A DNA stretch of 63,992 nt, filler included, from Diploschistes diacapsis (taxonomy: Eukaryota): the NCBI GenBank assembly GCA_023645945.1. It is 7 parts of 7 records of this genome, joined end to end, with 100 filler letters (N's around TTAATTAATTAA, not from the genome) between each part and the next. Parts side by side here need not be neighbours in the genome. Positions count along the whole stretch, not along the records: positions 1 to 25,304 come from JALAIB010000214.1; positions 25,405 to 27,990 come from JALAIB010002149.1; 5 more parts are not named here. One strand, 5' to 3'. Both the position numbers and the translations under genes were made by a program. Every line of letters starts with the position of its first letter. Positions within the stretch are counted from its first letter, which is position 1. Positions 13,174 through 25,985 of this stretch are shown here, in pieces. The notes beneath the pieces were generated by a model. That model saw nothing but the letters and a program-made list of their open reading frames with translations. It did no database searches and had not been told where the DNA came from.

Positions 13174-13895
13174 GATGCCTCTAGACCGTGTCAATGATTT
13201 CCTGATGAGTGCTGAGATTGCAAAATGCCTTACCAATTTGGTCGTGCGACAATGTTCAACTCAGTAACTTTTCGATATAGGAGGTTAGCTGTATGTGCGT
13301 TGTTGCTCGCCTAAAAGAGGGTATAAGATCATACCGTTCTAGGACTAGCGCTAGATCCGCCCAGAGCTCGCTGACAACCTACTTCCCGACAACTCTTCCC
13401 TCAATGTTCTTTTCATCTACATAGACTATGCGTATAGCGTTTTACGTTTACAGCGAACGTGTACGACTCATAACCGAGAGTCTGCTTGTTTTGGCTGATG
13501 GCTCTATATGGCTTGCATCGCTCTGTTCAACGTGCTAGGACGCTTTGTCCTCTTCAGCCTCAGATGCGGCACCTCGTAGTCGCGAGGAGCCAGACTCTTT
13601 GATTCTGGGTATGTAATGCTACGGTAATATCCATGTACTTTATGAGACTAGGTATCAATAAGCAACCGGAGCAGTCTTCACTCAAGCTAGATGTTCGCAT
13701 CAATATGCTTTACCTATCATGTACTTTGCAAAGACACGCTTTGTTCAGTCTTCCTTTGGCTCTGATAAGTAGCACATTACATTCACGTCAGCTTTGATAT
13801 TGTTGATCTACTGGAGGCCCAAGCTATGAGAATTCTTTGTCTCTGCTTCAAGCAATTTCAATTTCTAATAGAGGGTGTTTTATCTCTCTTGATTT

Positions 13896-13919
13896 ATTAT
13901 TATTATTATTATTATTATT
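13896..13919. repeat. (TTA)n microsatellite
   Basis: about 8 tandem TTA units. Confidence 0.85.
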
Positions 13920-14514
13920 GAGTGAAGTGGAATTTTATTATCATTTCGTTGATTTACCTAAGAATATCTGGTTGTGGGCATATGGGACGTGATGTGCGAC
14001 CGAAGAATATACCTCTTACATGTTTTCAATACAAGATATTGACATTCTTGACGATTCCTGAGGAGCATGAAACTGTTACAACAGTACAACAGGCCCTGCA
14101 AGCTGTCATATTTCAGAAGTGCAGACTCTGATTTGCTATATCATGATCTGTTCAGGGTTGCAAGAGTTTGAGATGCCCCTGACGAAGTCTAATAGGACCT
14201 ACTGGATGGCTTTAGAAGAGTTCTCAGACTTACTTGTCATGAGCTTGGTTGAATTCTGCAAAAAGCGACTGATTCATGAGCTGTCTCTTTGTACAGGCAT
14301 TTACTCAGATGGATTCTTATTGTTGTTGAATGAGAAATCAGTGTATGCACCGGAAGCACACTACACCGGCGGTTCACTCACAGGGTGTAGTAGCGCATGC
14401 TTGTAGTGTGCAGGTTCCGTACATTTTAACCCCAAAATATTTTGTAGTTTTCCGTAACCGTAACCGTCACATCTTACCACCCAAAACCAGCCATCTAGTG
14501 CAAACTTCTCTAAC

Positions 14515-16496
14515 ATGTCTGGATCGGACGTATCGTCCCTATCATCTGCGGAGTCTATTGAGTCGGATGAGGAGCTGAAATCTGCAACACCACGCAAAGG
14601 TACAATTGACCGCTATTTTCAACATGCGAAAACTCCTCCATCACCACCCAAGAGGAAGCGGCCAGCGTCGCCTCCTCATGAATATTTGCTGGCGGACAAC
14701 CCTGATATTGCAGTAAGATCGTGTGGTCCTAAACTGTCATGTAACACGTCACTGATAACGGCTACGCGTAGTTCATTGTGATGTTCAGGGCACGCTTCAA
14801 CGACGCACTCCCAAAATCTCTGCCCAACTTTGGTCCTCAAGATATAGAAAAAGGCATTGGTGGGACGCAGCCAGAGGAAAATATCGAGAGACTGTTGTGT
14901 GCTTTAATAGGTCTTTGCCTAAATCGCAAGAAAGATGTGGAGTGAGTTGTACTGTACCTAACAGGCATTCATGGAAGACATGCCTTATTGACCTCTCTTT
15001 TCAGACGAGGCCATCATTCACGCGCTCTAGAGGAAGCGCTCGCCACTTACTCGCATCAATGGCCTCGGTCATGGGAGGGAAATAACCCCCTGAAAGGAGA
15101 GAAGAGCTTTGATACTATGAAACCAGAGGAACGCGTGAGCCACCAGGATATCCAGATGGATTAAAAAATGCTCATTATGTTTAGTTGGTACTACTTAAGA
15201 CTTTGATACTGTGGTCCCTACAATCTTCCGAAGCCGTGAGAAAGGTTATACAAGAAGCATATAAGGGCCAAAGACACGAAAATGACGTTAATCAAGAGCG
15301 CGCTGTTCAGCCATGGGGTAGTGATGGAGATAACAGGAGATATTGGCTTATAGAAGGTCTTGACGACACTTACTTCAGAGTCTACCGAGAGAATAACCCG
15401 GCCCTGAAGAATCGTACCTGGTGGAGTGTCGCAGACTCAATCGAAAGCGTAAAAGGCCTTGCCGAAAAGCTCCGTGAAGAGGGCTCTCAGAAAGGCAGCA
15501 GGCTCGCAAATTCTATGCAGTTAGCTGTTCCTCGATTTGAGGCTGGAGAGGAGGTAAGCAAAACCGGCCCCCACACCTTAATACACATTGACTGTGGTCT
15601 AGAAACGCAAGCGGCGCGATTACCGCCTAGCTCGCAAAGCACAGTTCGCTCGAGTGGAGCCTGGTATGTCGCTATACGAGGGCCGGACTCGAGGAAAGCG
15701 GATAAGGTACACATTTTCAGACGATGAAGACATGGGCTCAGATGGCATATCGATTCGCCGCTCGCGCAACTCCGGCTTTTCGACTCCAGCAGAACCAGCC
15801 GGACCTGTGGTCACTGCCAGTGGAAGACATATTAAGCCTCGAGCTGGAGGCGTTTACGGAGAGAGCTTGCTGAGCTCGCAACATGGAGAAAGCGCACAAG
15901 TGTTCAATGATGCGGCGAGTGGCCAAGAACCTGGACAAGAGCTTCTTAACCGCACTCGTGGAAGCGCTGATAGAGCGTCTCGTGCCCGCCGCGCATATCG
16001 GGGGGGCTACAACGCGGTTGATGAGATGGGTGATGAGAGCGATACACCCTCGAGCGAGTGGAATAGTGGCAAGGAAGACGACAATGTCGAAGACGATGAC
16101 ATTTCGAACGAGGGCTTCGACGAAGATGATGATGTAGAAGCTGCAAGGAGATCCCTGATTGTGTCATTGAAGATTGGCCAGGCCAATGCTACAGCACTAA
16201 AAGCGAAGACTCCTCATCGGATCGGTCCAGAGGAGCATTTTTTATTGAATGGTTCCAGTCCGGCCGAGTCAACAATCGTTGTCAACAATCAACAGTCAAA
16301 ACTCAATGGAGACATTGTCATGACCGATACGCAGCCCTCTTCGAATCCAGCAGACACTTCAAGTTTTAACAGTATCACGCCACTCTCAGGGCCAGTAGAA
16401 GCACCTACACCCTTACTGTCGGATACCAAGCAGTCACTCAGGGTCGAGATACCACCCATGTTGCCAAGACCAGCCGACATAGGTTATCTAGCTTGA
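14515..16496 (+). CDS. WHIM1-domain protein (conserved Pezizomycotina chromatin-associated protein), multi-exon
   Basis: SPPHEYLLADNPDIA|FIVMFRARF, PWGSDGDNRRYWLIEGLDDTYFRVYRE, SLYEGRTRGKRIRYTFSDDE, joined by GT-AG introns. Confidence 0.75.
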
Positions 16497-16717
16497 GTCG
16501 CTATGCTTCATGTTGTTGCCAATTCATCATCTTGGTGTTGTAGCATATTCTCAAGTGGGTGATACATCTTGATAAGGAAATGAAGTATGGAGGCAAGGCA
16601 CTGCTTCTGAAAAGGATGAGCTTGCATACAGCTGGACTAGTGACCTAGCCTTGGGTATTAGTAGCATTTGTAAGAAAAGTAGGCTGCTAGACCGATCTAT
16701 AGAGATAAACGATTGCA

Positions 16718-17818
16718 TTATTCTATCTTCCTTCTTGCCCTAGGCATGGCCTTCTTCTCTTTCTTAGCTTTCTTCCTTCGTCTCTTCTCCATTGCCTTCT
16801 CTACCTTAGACTCGCCCATACCCTCGAAGCGCCTGACTAGAGCTTGCTTCTTCACCTCCCCTCTTTTCAAGAAGAACGGCTGCTTGCCTTGCTTGATTTT
16901 TTCCCTTTCCTCTTTCCGATGTTCTCTAATAACAGCGTTCTCCTCCTCGGCCCTCTGCCTCGCCCTTTCTCGATCCTCTTTAGACTTGAGTTCTCTCCTT
17001 AATGTTTCCTTTGTGGCACCATCTTTAGTGTCTCGTAGTTGCTGCTTCAACCCCGCAATCTCCGATGCCCTGTAGTCATTGAGAAAAGCATATTGCTTAT
17101 TCACACGGTTCATGTCCAAAGCCCCAGAAAGCGAAGAGAAGCGTGGATCCCGAGCTTCTACCTTTGGTATTGATACTACCTGCCGCTTGCGACTAACGGC
17201 CTTCTTAGAAGACACCTCCGCTGGAGCATGGTTCGAAGATCTGGCATTAACATGCCGATGATTGACCTTCTTGCCCGCCTTGCGCTCTTCGGCTTCATGA
17301 AAAGGAGATATCGAGCGGAGTCTTTTCCTGGTCTCGGGGCCAGATATGTCCCATTTCCGCTTCTGACCTAGTGATTCTTGCGCAGATGCCAGTGCCCCAA
17401 ACGAGATGGAGGAAAGTGTCTGCTGTGGATCTAAGCCGCCATCGACAGAACTTCCTGACTACGCATATCAGCTTCCGCGTTTGCGCGCCTGTAGACCACT
17501 GTAATTGCTCACATCTTCCTCAAGATGCTCATCTCCATCAACGAATTCTGCGTTTCTGTTTTGTGAGCCGTCGGTCATATAAACAGAACTATCATCGATA
17601 TCTTCGGCACAAGCGAGGGCATCCCTGAGAGTGTCCTCCGGGATCCCTAGCTTTCCGCCCAGCTCATCTGTGCCCTCGCTATGGTCGCTCATCACAGACT
17701 GCGTGTCCCGAGGGTCATTTAAGAGGCTGTCGTCCGATGGATACGTTGCTTCTTTATCTGAGGCTTCATCGTTCTTGCTAGCCCGCACCCGGCGCTGGGA
17801 AAGAGCAGGCAACGTCAT
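16718..17818 (-). CDS. RRP36: rRNA biogenesis protein Rrp36; one intron
   Basis: ISFGALASAQ, HAPAEVSSKKAVSRKR, RDPRF, YAFLNDYRASE, GKQPFFLK. Confidence 0.9.
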
Positions 17819-17825
17819 GATCACC

Positions 17826-17833
17826 GCGATGAG
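17826..17833. promoter_or_regulatory. PAC-like ribosome-biogenesis motif GCGATGAG (a related GCGATAAG at ~17891)
   Basis: Exact PAC consensus immediately upstream of the RRP36 start codon. Confidence 0.45.
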
Positions 17834-18107
17834 ATGGGAAAATCAGAACAATTTAGAGCCAGTTTTCGCTTATAGCATAGTAAGCACGCGGCGATAAGAT
17901 AAGATCTGCGGCTCTGCTTTAGGGTTTGAGCCGCATGTCACTGCTAGTATTAGCGGGAGGGATCTGGTTCGACCCGCAGACTTTCCTATGCCCAACATCA
18001 AGTTACATAACTCTCTACCTCTGATCCCGGATTATCACAGTACAGTGCCATATCAATATCCCAAAGCCAATATCTTCACTTTCACATAATAAACATTCTC
18101 ATCTTGA

Positions 18108-19886
18108 ATGCACAAGAAGAACATCCTCGGTCAAAGGCCAATATCTAATGCCGCTTCGCGGGATTTTCCTCGTCACGCCAAAAAGATATTCAACCTTACC
18201 AGATTAGGCCAGGGCCCCTTCACTCACTCAACAGCCTTCTCTGGGCCGTACATTCACGGTACAACACAGCGCAGCAATCACCACTACCCATCTTCAATCT
18301 TCAGAGACCACGGCATGGAGCATTTTCAACAGCAGCAAGCACACAGCCATGCCCCGTCTACCTCTATGGCGACCGATCAAAGCCCATCAAGTTCCAAAGG
18401 GAAGACCCAGAGCTGGAGCTCTTATAGTGTGGGATACAACTCCAGCACTTGCAATACTCCATGGCAGGTCCCTCAGGCTGATCTTAGGAATCGGTGGCTT
18501 GCTTCCCAGCAGGGAAAGAATTCTGTCCCTCAAAACTCTGCTTTTGCGGTATCTTCTCAAAGTCCGAACCAAGGTTTTGAGGCAGGCGTGTTTCCAGCAT
18601 GGGAACAAGCAAGCTTTGTTGACAATGCAGATTGTTCCACCGGCCAAAGTAGGAGTACAACGATTAGGAATCACGGAGGGCAGGATCGAAGCGATGAGCT
18701 TTTTAATATGAACTTTGCCTACCAGGATTTGCAGAGCGCAAACAGTGCGCCTCAAGGTGCATCTGCCTTTCCTGTGTTTGCGGCTTACAACCTTCCATTC
18801 CAGAATTCGTTCTCATCTGAAAATTCATTCCCATTTCAGAACTCAATCGCCAGGGCCTTTGCCCCTAGGATGGCTACTTTCCAGCCTCCCAATGCAGGAC
18901 AGCTATTCGGAGAACACAATATTCCCTCCCGCAGCTACCACACATCTTTTCCGCACCACCAAAGCAGCTCATTGCCGGTACAGAGCCTTGAAACTGCCGG
19001 TCCGTCAAATCATGTTCAAGGAAGCCATGAAGTCGCTTCGCAATGCGAGAACATGGATAACCACCCGACGCAAGAGCTCTGGAACCACCTCAACTCAACG
19101 GCCATCCCGAAAACGCCATCGAAAACCTCGAAGAAAAAGTACGTACCGCCATCAAAGGCTAAAAAATTCACCAAAGACCCAGAAAAGGCCAGGAAGGCAC
19201 CAGAGCCTGTGGCTCAGTACCTATTGAGAGCAAGAAGGCCTATGCAGAATGCGCAACAGCCCAAGACTCTACTGATAGTTCTTGATTTGAATGGCACTCT
19301 GCTTGAGAGAATGTGGGGATCTAATCGGGTAATAATGAGGCCATACATTGATAGCTTCCTCAAGTACTGTTTCGGGAACCATCGCGTTATGATCTGGTCA
19401 TCAGCACAACCAGCCAACGTCCGTAACATGTGCGTCAAGGTCTTCAACGCCGCAGATCGCGCAATGCTTGTGGCGATGTGGGGTAGGGACAAACTGGATC
19501 TATCGTCAGAGGATTATGCCGACAGGGTTCAGGTGTTTAAGCGGCTAGAGAAGATATGGGAAGATCAGGAGCTTCAAAGGGAGCATCCCCAGGCTGGAAG
19601 TGGAGGCAGCTGGAATCAGACGAACACTGTGCTTATTGACGACAGCGTCTTCAAGGCAGCTTCTCAGCCGCACAATCTGATTGAGATTCCCGAGTTTCTC
19701 AAGGAACACATGCGCAAAGAGTTGAAAGGCAAAATCCTCGAGCAGGTCACGGCATACCTGGAGACAGCCCGCAAATACGAAGATGTCTCGACGTTTATTG
19801 AGAAGAATCCTTTTAGAATGGGTGAATCGACGTTACTCAAAGCATCAGGCTCTTCCACTGGTCAGCTTCCAGACAAGAAGACTTAG
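18108..19886 (+). CDS. FCP1/NIF-homology HAD phosphatase-domain protein with a long low-complexity N-terminus (start uncertain)
   Basis: LIVLDLNGTLL, RPYIDSFL, VMIWSSAQPANV, WNQTNTVLIDDS..KA. Confidence 0.85.
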   Translation: MHKKNILGQRPISNAASRDFPRHAKKIFNLTRLGQGPFTHSTAFSGPYIHGTTQRSNHHYPSSIFRDHGMEHFQQQQAHSHAPSTSMATDQSPSSSKGKTQSWSSYSVGYNSSTCNTPWQVPQADLRNRWLASQQGKNSVPQNSAFAVSSQSPNQGFEAGVFPAWEQASFVDNADCSTGQSRSTTIRNHGGQDRSDELFNMNFAYQDLQSANSAPQGASAFPVFAAYNLPFQNSFSSENSFPFQNSIARAFAPRMATFQPPNAGQLFGEHNIPSRSYHTSFPHHQSSSLPVQSLETAGPSNHVQGSHEVASQCENMDNHPTQELWNHLNSTAIPKTPSKTSKKKYVPPSKAKKFTKDPEKARKAPEPVAQYLLRARRPMQNAQQPKTLLIVLDLNGTLLERMWGSNRVIMRPYIDSFLKYCFGNHRVMIWSSAQPANVRNMCVKVFNAADRAMLVAMWGRDKLDLSSEDYADRVQVFKRLEKIWEDQELQREHPQAGSGGSWNQTNTVLIDDSVFKAASQPHNLIEIPEFLKEHMRKELKGKILEQVTAYLETARKYEDVSTFIEKNPFRMGESTLLKASGSSTGQLPDKKT

Positions 19887-20300
19887 GTATTGTGGAGGGC
19901 ATGAGGGGCTTTTTAGCGTGAGATACCCCTGAAGCGTTTGAGCGTTTACGATAGCGTGCTTGGCCGGACAGGTAAGTAGTCTCTTCAACCGTCAATACAA
20001 GGCACTAGAACATAGATAATGCGATATTCCAGCCAATTTTCTGTTATGAATCATGATGGACGCGTTGTTGCTGTGCTTCTACAGTCCTCGCTACACCTTC
20101 CCCACTCCGTCACCCTTTTCTCACCGAATGCTCGATTCTCCTCGATAAGTTCAGCGTTCCCGATACGACTTAGCGGCGAGTTCGCCGCTCTAAACAGGAG
20201 GTGAGCTGCACCCCGAGCGCCGTGCACAATCCTACTATGGAAGGTTGAGCATGAACCTCCAGCATGTCTACTCGTGCACCAATCAACATTCCTGCAACCT

Positions 20301-23300
20301 CTATCGTCGTCCAACATGGAACATTGCCCAGTAAACGCCCTTCTTCGCCAACAGCTCCCCGTGCGTCCCCATCTCTACCAAATTCCCAGAGCTTATGACA
20401 ACGATGTGATCCGCGTCGATTGCCGTCAATGGTCGGTGCGTAACGGTAATAGTGATCCTTTTCTCCGCAGTGTTTTTCAACGCCCGCAGGATAGCGGCTT
20501 CGTTCTCCGCGTCGAGTGCGTTTGTCGGCTCATCCAAGAGCAAGATGGACGGCTGCTGCGCCAGAGCGCGCGCCAGGGCGATGCGCTGGCGTTGGCCACC
20601 GCTGAAGCCGATGCCTCTGCTGCCGCATTCGCTCTCATAGCCGTTCGGGAGCGAAGTCGCGAAATTGTGGATGTAAGCTTGCTTGGCTGCGATTTCGGTG
20701 ATGCTCTGGTTGATCCGTTTAGATGGTACGCCTAGAAGGATGTTTTCTGCTAGGTTGCCGGAGAAGAGTAGTGTTTCTTGTGATACCAAGGCGAGTTGCT
20801 TTCGGTGCATGTCGCCATCTAAAAGCTTCAGGGGGGTATCGTTGATCGTGATATGGCCCTTTGTGGGGTCGTACAGATGCGCCAACAGCATGAGGAGGGT
20901 CGTCCCCCCCGACCCTGAGGGTCCAATAATCGCGTATCGCTTTCCGGTCAAGAAAGTAATGTTAATGTCGTTCAGAACGTTGGAATTCCCCACTCCTGGA
21001 TACTTGAAACAAACATGTTTTAAAGTTAAAGAGACTGCTTTACCGACACTTAGTTTAGGTGTATTGGCCCGCAAGGATTCTCTGTATGCATGTGATTTGG
21101 ACCGCAGCTGGTTGATAGCTCCCCAAGCTGTGGCTGCTTGGGGGATCCCTGCCAAAGGTTAGCTTAACCTTGAGGGCAGCGGATGCCTACTGTTCGAGCT
21201 TGCAAAGAACTCTGCTGCAGCATCCCCTCCAGAGACTATAGCTATAAAGATGATCCAGATTTGAAGGGCCCCTATATCTCCATTCGCCAACAGATTACCG
21301 CCATACCAGAAGGCTAGAGCCATTGCTTACGATATCAGTCTACTTGAAAACATGGACTTGCGACCCTTACCCAGTAGATTGCCGGCTTGGGAGAACGCGG
21401 GGAGCGGCATGGTGATTAAGATGCTTTTATAGAAAGTTGACAATGACTCGCTCATTCTCTTATTTAATTCTTCACATACTACTGGCTCCATAGTAAGTGA
21501 AGTGACCGTACTGGAGGCAGCGACAATCTCGGCAGCGTAGCGTGCGCTTCCTAATAAACTGTTCGAAAGGCCGCGCTTTCCTGTTCCCTGAACCTTTATA
21601 CGCAGAAACCCTGCGAATAGAATTACAGGAAGGCTGCCAAAGAAGGCGACAAGAGCTAATTTCCAAGCAGTTATCAGGCCTAGCAAAGCCGTGAGTGATC
21701 CTGGAGACTGTAAAGCGTTCCTATAGAAGCTTAAAGGTTGATACAGCATCGCTTCGAAGTACTCATTTCGATATTTGTGCAGTGTGGAACTGTCCGCTAT
21801 GGCACTCAATATGGCAATAGTCATGTAGATGAAAAAGGCACCGATTGCAATGAGGAGCCACATTAAGGACCAGAAGTTGCTATTCTCCTGGAGCATGCTT
21901 CCGTTTAGCTGGAAAGCCGTGACGGATCCGCCGAAGACGATGGCTTGTGCGGGATAGACAAGGGCTCCGACAGTGCTAGCTATCAGACTTGCCGCTAGTA
22001 ATGTTCCGACTCGCCAATCTTCGGTCAGTAGAGCATAAACGACGGCCAGGAAAGAAGCTTCCCGCTCCTTGTGTGCTTCTTCAACCAATCCTTTCGGACT
22101 TTGAACTTCGAACACAGGTGTCTCTTTCTTCTCCGGATCTCTAGATTCGATATTTTCTTTCTCGCCGCCTGAGATCTGCGTCTGTTCTGCAACCAAACTT
22201 ATAACAGCATTTTGTTGCTCATATAATCGCTTGTAGACACCATCTATATTGAAAAGGGATTCATGGTCGCCTACCTGGACAACCTTACCCTTATCAAGCA
22301 CATATATTTTGTGAGCTTTCGTCACCAGAGAAAGCTTATGTGCGATAAGCACAGTAGTCTTACCTATTGACGCTCCTTGGATGGATGATTCAACTGCTGC
22401 TTCTGACGGTATGTCTAGAGCAGACGTAATTTCATCGAGTACAAGAATCTTCGGAGACGATACAATTGCCCTTGCAATCGCTATTCTTTTCTTCTGTCCA
22501 CCGCTGAGGAGATTTCCCGATTGGCCCAGGCTCGTATCATAAGAATTGGGTAGCTGTTGAATGAATTGATGTGCGTTTGCTTCCATGCAGCTTTGTTTGA
22601 CGAGCTCACGCTTATGAGAATCTTCAACATCCTGCGGCGATGTCCCGCTGAGGCCGTTAGAAACGTTAGAAAAGACGCTTTCATTGAATATTACTGTGTC
22701 ATACAGACGCCGTTACTACGACCCACGGCGGCGGTTTAGAGTTCATCACAACCAATGGATAACCTACCTCTTGAACAAAGCGAATATTACTTCTATAAGA
22801 CCTGACATTCGAATTCTTAAGAGCAATGCCGTCTAGAGTCATAACTCCAGCGCTTGGGTCGTACCATCTTCCTAATAGGGCTGTTATGGTACTTTTGCCA
22901 CATCCGCTGGGACCGACTAGAGCCGTAACTTGGCCAGCTTCGAAAACCAGGTTCACGCCTTTCAGGACTCTTTCCTCCGGTCGAAGCGGATAGGCAAAGT
23001 TCACGTCCCGAAATTCAAGTCTACCCTCCAGAGATTCCAGCATAATTCCAGCTGATGAGAAGGGATCAATGTTGGGTGCCTCATTTGATAACCCTACCGA
23101 CAGATTTAAAGGAAGTTCTAGATTTTGCAAGGATTCCATAGACCGGCAATATACGCCGCATGGCATTGGTGCCTTGATTTATACATAGAATGACTCTATT
23201 AGATAATTAGTATGTCCCTAGGCTCTAACAATCTAGATTGACACATACATGAGAACGGTACCTATGTCTGAGACCTCGCTGTTAGTAAGTAGGTGAGCAC

Positions 23301-24068
23301 CATACCAGAATGCCAACGAATAATCTGACAGAACCATGAAATAGCTGATAGAATACTACGCAGCGGGGATTGGACTCTTCCGAAACCTTAGGAATTTGGC
23401 TTCTTGCAGGATCCTCTGAAACTTTCTCTGGAATTTGTGCTGTGACGATGTCGTGATAACGGCCATGATTCCCATAAAGCACTCTTCGGCTAAAGTGGCT
23501 GCTCTACCATCAATGGCTTGAATGCGTTCCTCCATGTCTGCATCGATCGCTGCAGTGCCAAAGTTACTACCCAGTAGAATCGTCGTGACAGCAGACAATA
23601 CCAGAGTGAGGCGCCAGCTGCGAGTCAGGGCTACAACCCATGAGATGACGATGGTTGACAACGCTTCTATAACTAAACCCAGCTTCTCCGCTAAAGCATC
23701 CTCGATGTTTTCGGTATTTGTGGAGAAATTCGTAGCGGCGTTTCCTTGTGCCTGACCATTGTTACGGCTGATTGCAGAGCGGAAGGAGGCTGCTCGAAAG
23801 CGGATGGATGACTGCATGGCGGAAATTGAAAAGAAAATGCCATAGCTAAATACCAGGACCCATTGTCCGATGAAGAGGTAGATCAGGAAGAGCACCTCCT
23901 GATTTATTCGACGTTTCCATGAGTCGAAGTCTTGTAGACCATTGAATTGATTTGCCAAGCCTCCAAAAACGAGGGTCATCAAAGGCCTGACAGCGCCTGC
24001 TCCAGCGGCTGAAAGAGATCCGAGGATCTGCAGCAGTAGCACCCTTTTCAATACTAGCTGTGTCTTCA
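20301..24068 (-). pseudogene. ABC-B (MDR/P-glycoprotein) transporter, degenerate
   Basis: TMD-NBD-TMD-NBD layout. In-frame TAG at 23356-23358; NBD2 Walker A reads GPSGSGGTT (no Lys); NBD1 has LSGGQKKR/LDEITSALD; apparent deletion in TMD2. Confidence 0.8.
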
Positions 24069-24404
24069 TTGTTGAAGACGACTGAAATCTTGAGTAGATA
24101 AAACGCCCGTGAACAAACAAAAAAAAAGAGTCGATCGAACTATGAGAAAGATAAAGCACCACATATCCTTGTTACCGCATTGCAGGCAAGCAAGGTAGAC
24201 AAGCAGGCTACACGGAGAAAGCCCTTAATCGGGAAGTCTAAGTCTGGATATCTTCCCTCCTCCCTCGCTTAAGGTTTAGTACGAAGTGAAACCCAGGGAA
24301 CACAAGAGGATAAAGGTTAGCGCCGAGTGCGCTACATAAGTAGGGGTCTTTTTGCCTGATTGGCGCGCATTAATCAGCATTAACCTTTGTTCTGTCATAG
24401 AATA

Positions 24405-25304
24405 GAATGTTGCCCCTAGTAACCGAGCGGACCCTAATAACCGATCATTTATAAACGCTTTTTATACTTAAAATGCCCTCCCCTTTTTCATTCATTATAA
24501 GCTCCATATATTTTTTTATTTTTTGCTAATTTAAACCTAGATATTTTCGATAATAGAAAATGTTCTCATCGAAACGAAAACTCAATCCCTCCCGCTATCG
24601 CTCCGTAAAGTCGTTCGGCGCAACGGCGTCCCTTTCTCTTCCCTCCTCGACAAGCTTAGTGGCCGTCCTAAAAAATCTACTAACCATTAATCGTAATAAT
24701 TTTTAACTATTAAGCAAGAGAATGTCCTCGCGAGATATATAGAACGTTTACAGGCCGAAGAATTCTCTATTTCTATCGCAATATTTAAAAACTTAACGGC
24801 GGAGATCTAAAATACTTCCGAGCCGAATAACCAGCGCCAGCCAGGCCGTCACTAGCCGCAACGCTTCTTAAGAAGGTATCCAGAACTAGATATAACCTAA
24901 AATAATTTTCTTTCAAATAAAAGAACCGACGCCGCGGCGTCGAGGGTTTTACGCCCGTTTCTAGAACGTCTTTAAAAGCTCCGCGTCTAATACGACGTTA
25001 CTTCTAAAAATATTTAGAATATAAACGAAAAAAGGATCCAGCTCGGCGCTAAAGAACGTACGAAAATCGTCGTACGTATCCCTCATTACCAAACCGATCG
25101 CCAGCGCTTAATCGCGAATAATCGCGATCTGGCGACGATAATCGAGACGATTTCGATTAAAAAAGAATAACTTTTTCTTTTAATTATTTTTAAAGATAAA
25201 GAATTATAAATAAAATAAATAGAAAATATTATCCTTTTAAATAAATCTACGCTTTAATATTTATAGATTTATTAATAATTTTATAAATATAAAGATCTAT
25301 ATAT
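24405..25304 (+). mobile_element. pogo/Fot1 DNA transposon 5' part, RIP-mutated, cut by contig end
   Basis: TA followed by a TIR-like GAATGTTGCCCCTAGTAACCGAGCGGACCCTAATAACCGA. Stop-riddled transposase-like frame (SLRKVVRRNGVPFSSLLDKLSGR...ENVLARYIERL...RFLRRYPEL...NI*NINEK). Confidence 0.75.
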
Positions 25305-25404
25305 NNNNNNNNNNNNNNNNNNNNNNNNNNNNNNNNNNNNNNNNNNNNTTAATTAATTAANNNNNNNNNNNNNNNNNNNNNNNNNNNNNNNNNNNNNNNN
25401 NNNN
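25305..25404. other. Artificial contig-join linker (44N-TTAATTAATTAA-44N); identical linkers at 27991-28090, 53274-53373, 55957-56056, 58638-58737, 61317-61416
   Basis: Six identical 100-bp spacers with stops in all frames. Confidence 0.98.
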
Positions 25405-25663
25405 GGGTTTGGAGAGGTTGACGGTGGAGGAGGAAGAGGAGGAGGGGGGGGGAATTGGGACGAAGGAGAGGACGTTGCAGGGGCTGTTGGCGGTGTCGAT
25501 TGCGGGGGAAGCGAAGCTCACGAGTGAGGATAGCAAGATGGACGGGCCGTTCGCGAGGGAGGTGCAGAAGTATTATCCCCAGGACGATTGGCATGGCGGG
25601 AAGGTGGACGATATCTGTGTCGTTGTGGCCATCGCTGTACAACAGCAGATGTCGGCTTTTTAA
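25405..25663 (+). CDS. PTC7: PP2C phosphatase Ptc7/Azr1-like, 3' fragment
   Basis: DGPFAREVQKYYP...GGKVDDICVVVA; 5' part lost at the contig start. Confidence 0.8.
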
Positions 25664-25985
25664 TTCTAGACTGGGGGGTGGCTAGCGCTGCAATAGGCGT
25701 TGTTGGAGGCTCTGCTTGGGTGGCAGTTGCTCCCTGCGTGTATCTCTACTTTCGAGCGTTCGATGCATAGCATAGGTGGGTGCACAAGGCGGTCACAGTG
25801 GGGACCATAGCTTCTTTTCGCTGGATAGACTACGAGTATTGAGGATCCATACCTCGCTTGCTTTGACGGTCGACACTTCAAGAACGCCTGCTACATACAT
25901 CTCAAACGCTCTTAATGATGCTATCTATGCTATGCGTCCAAATTTCATGCTCATAACTGTACAATGGAAAGGGGTATACAATATC

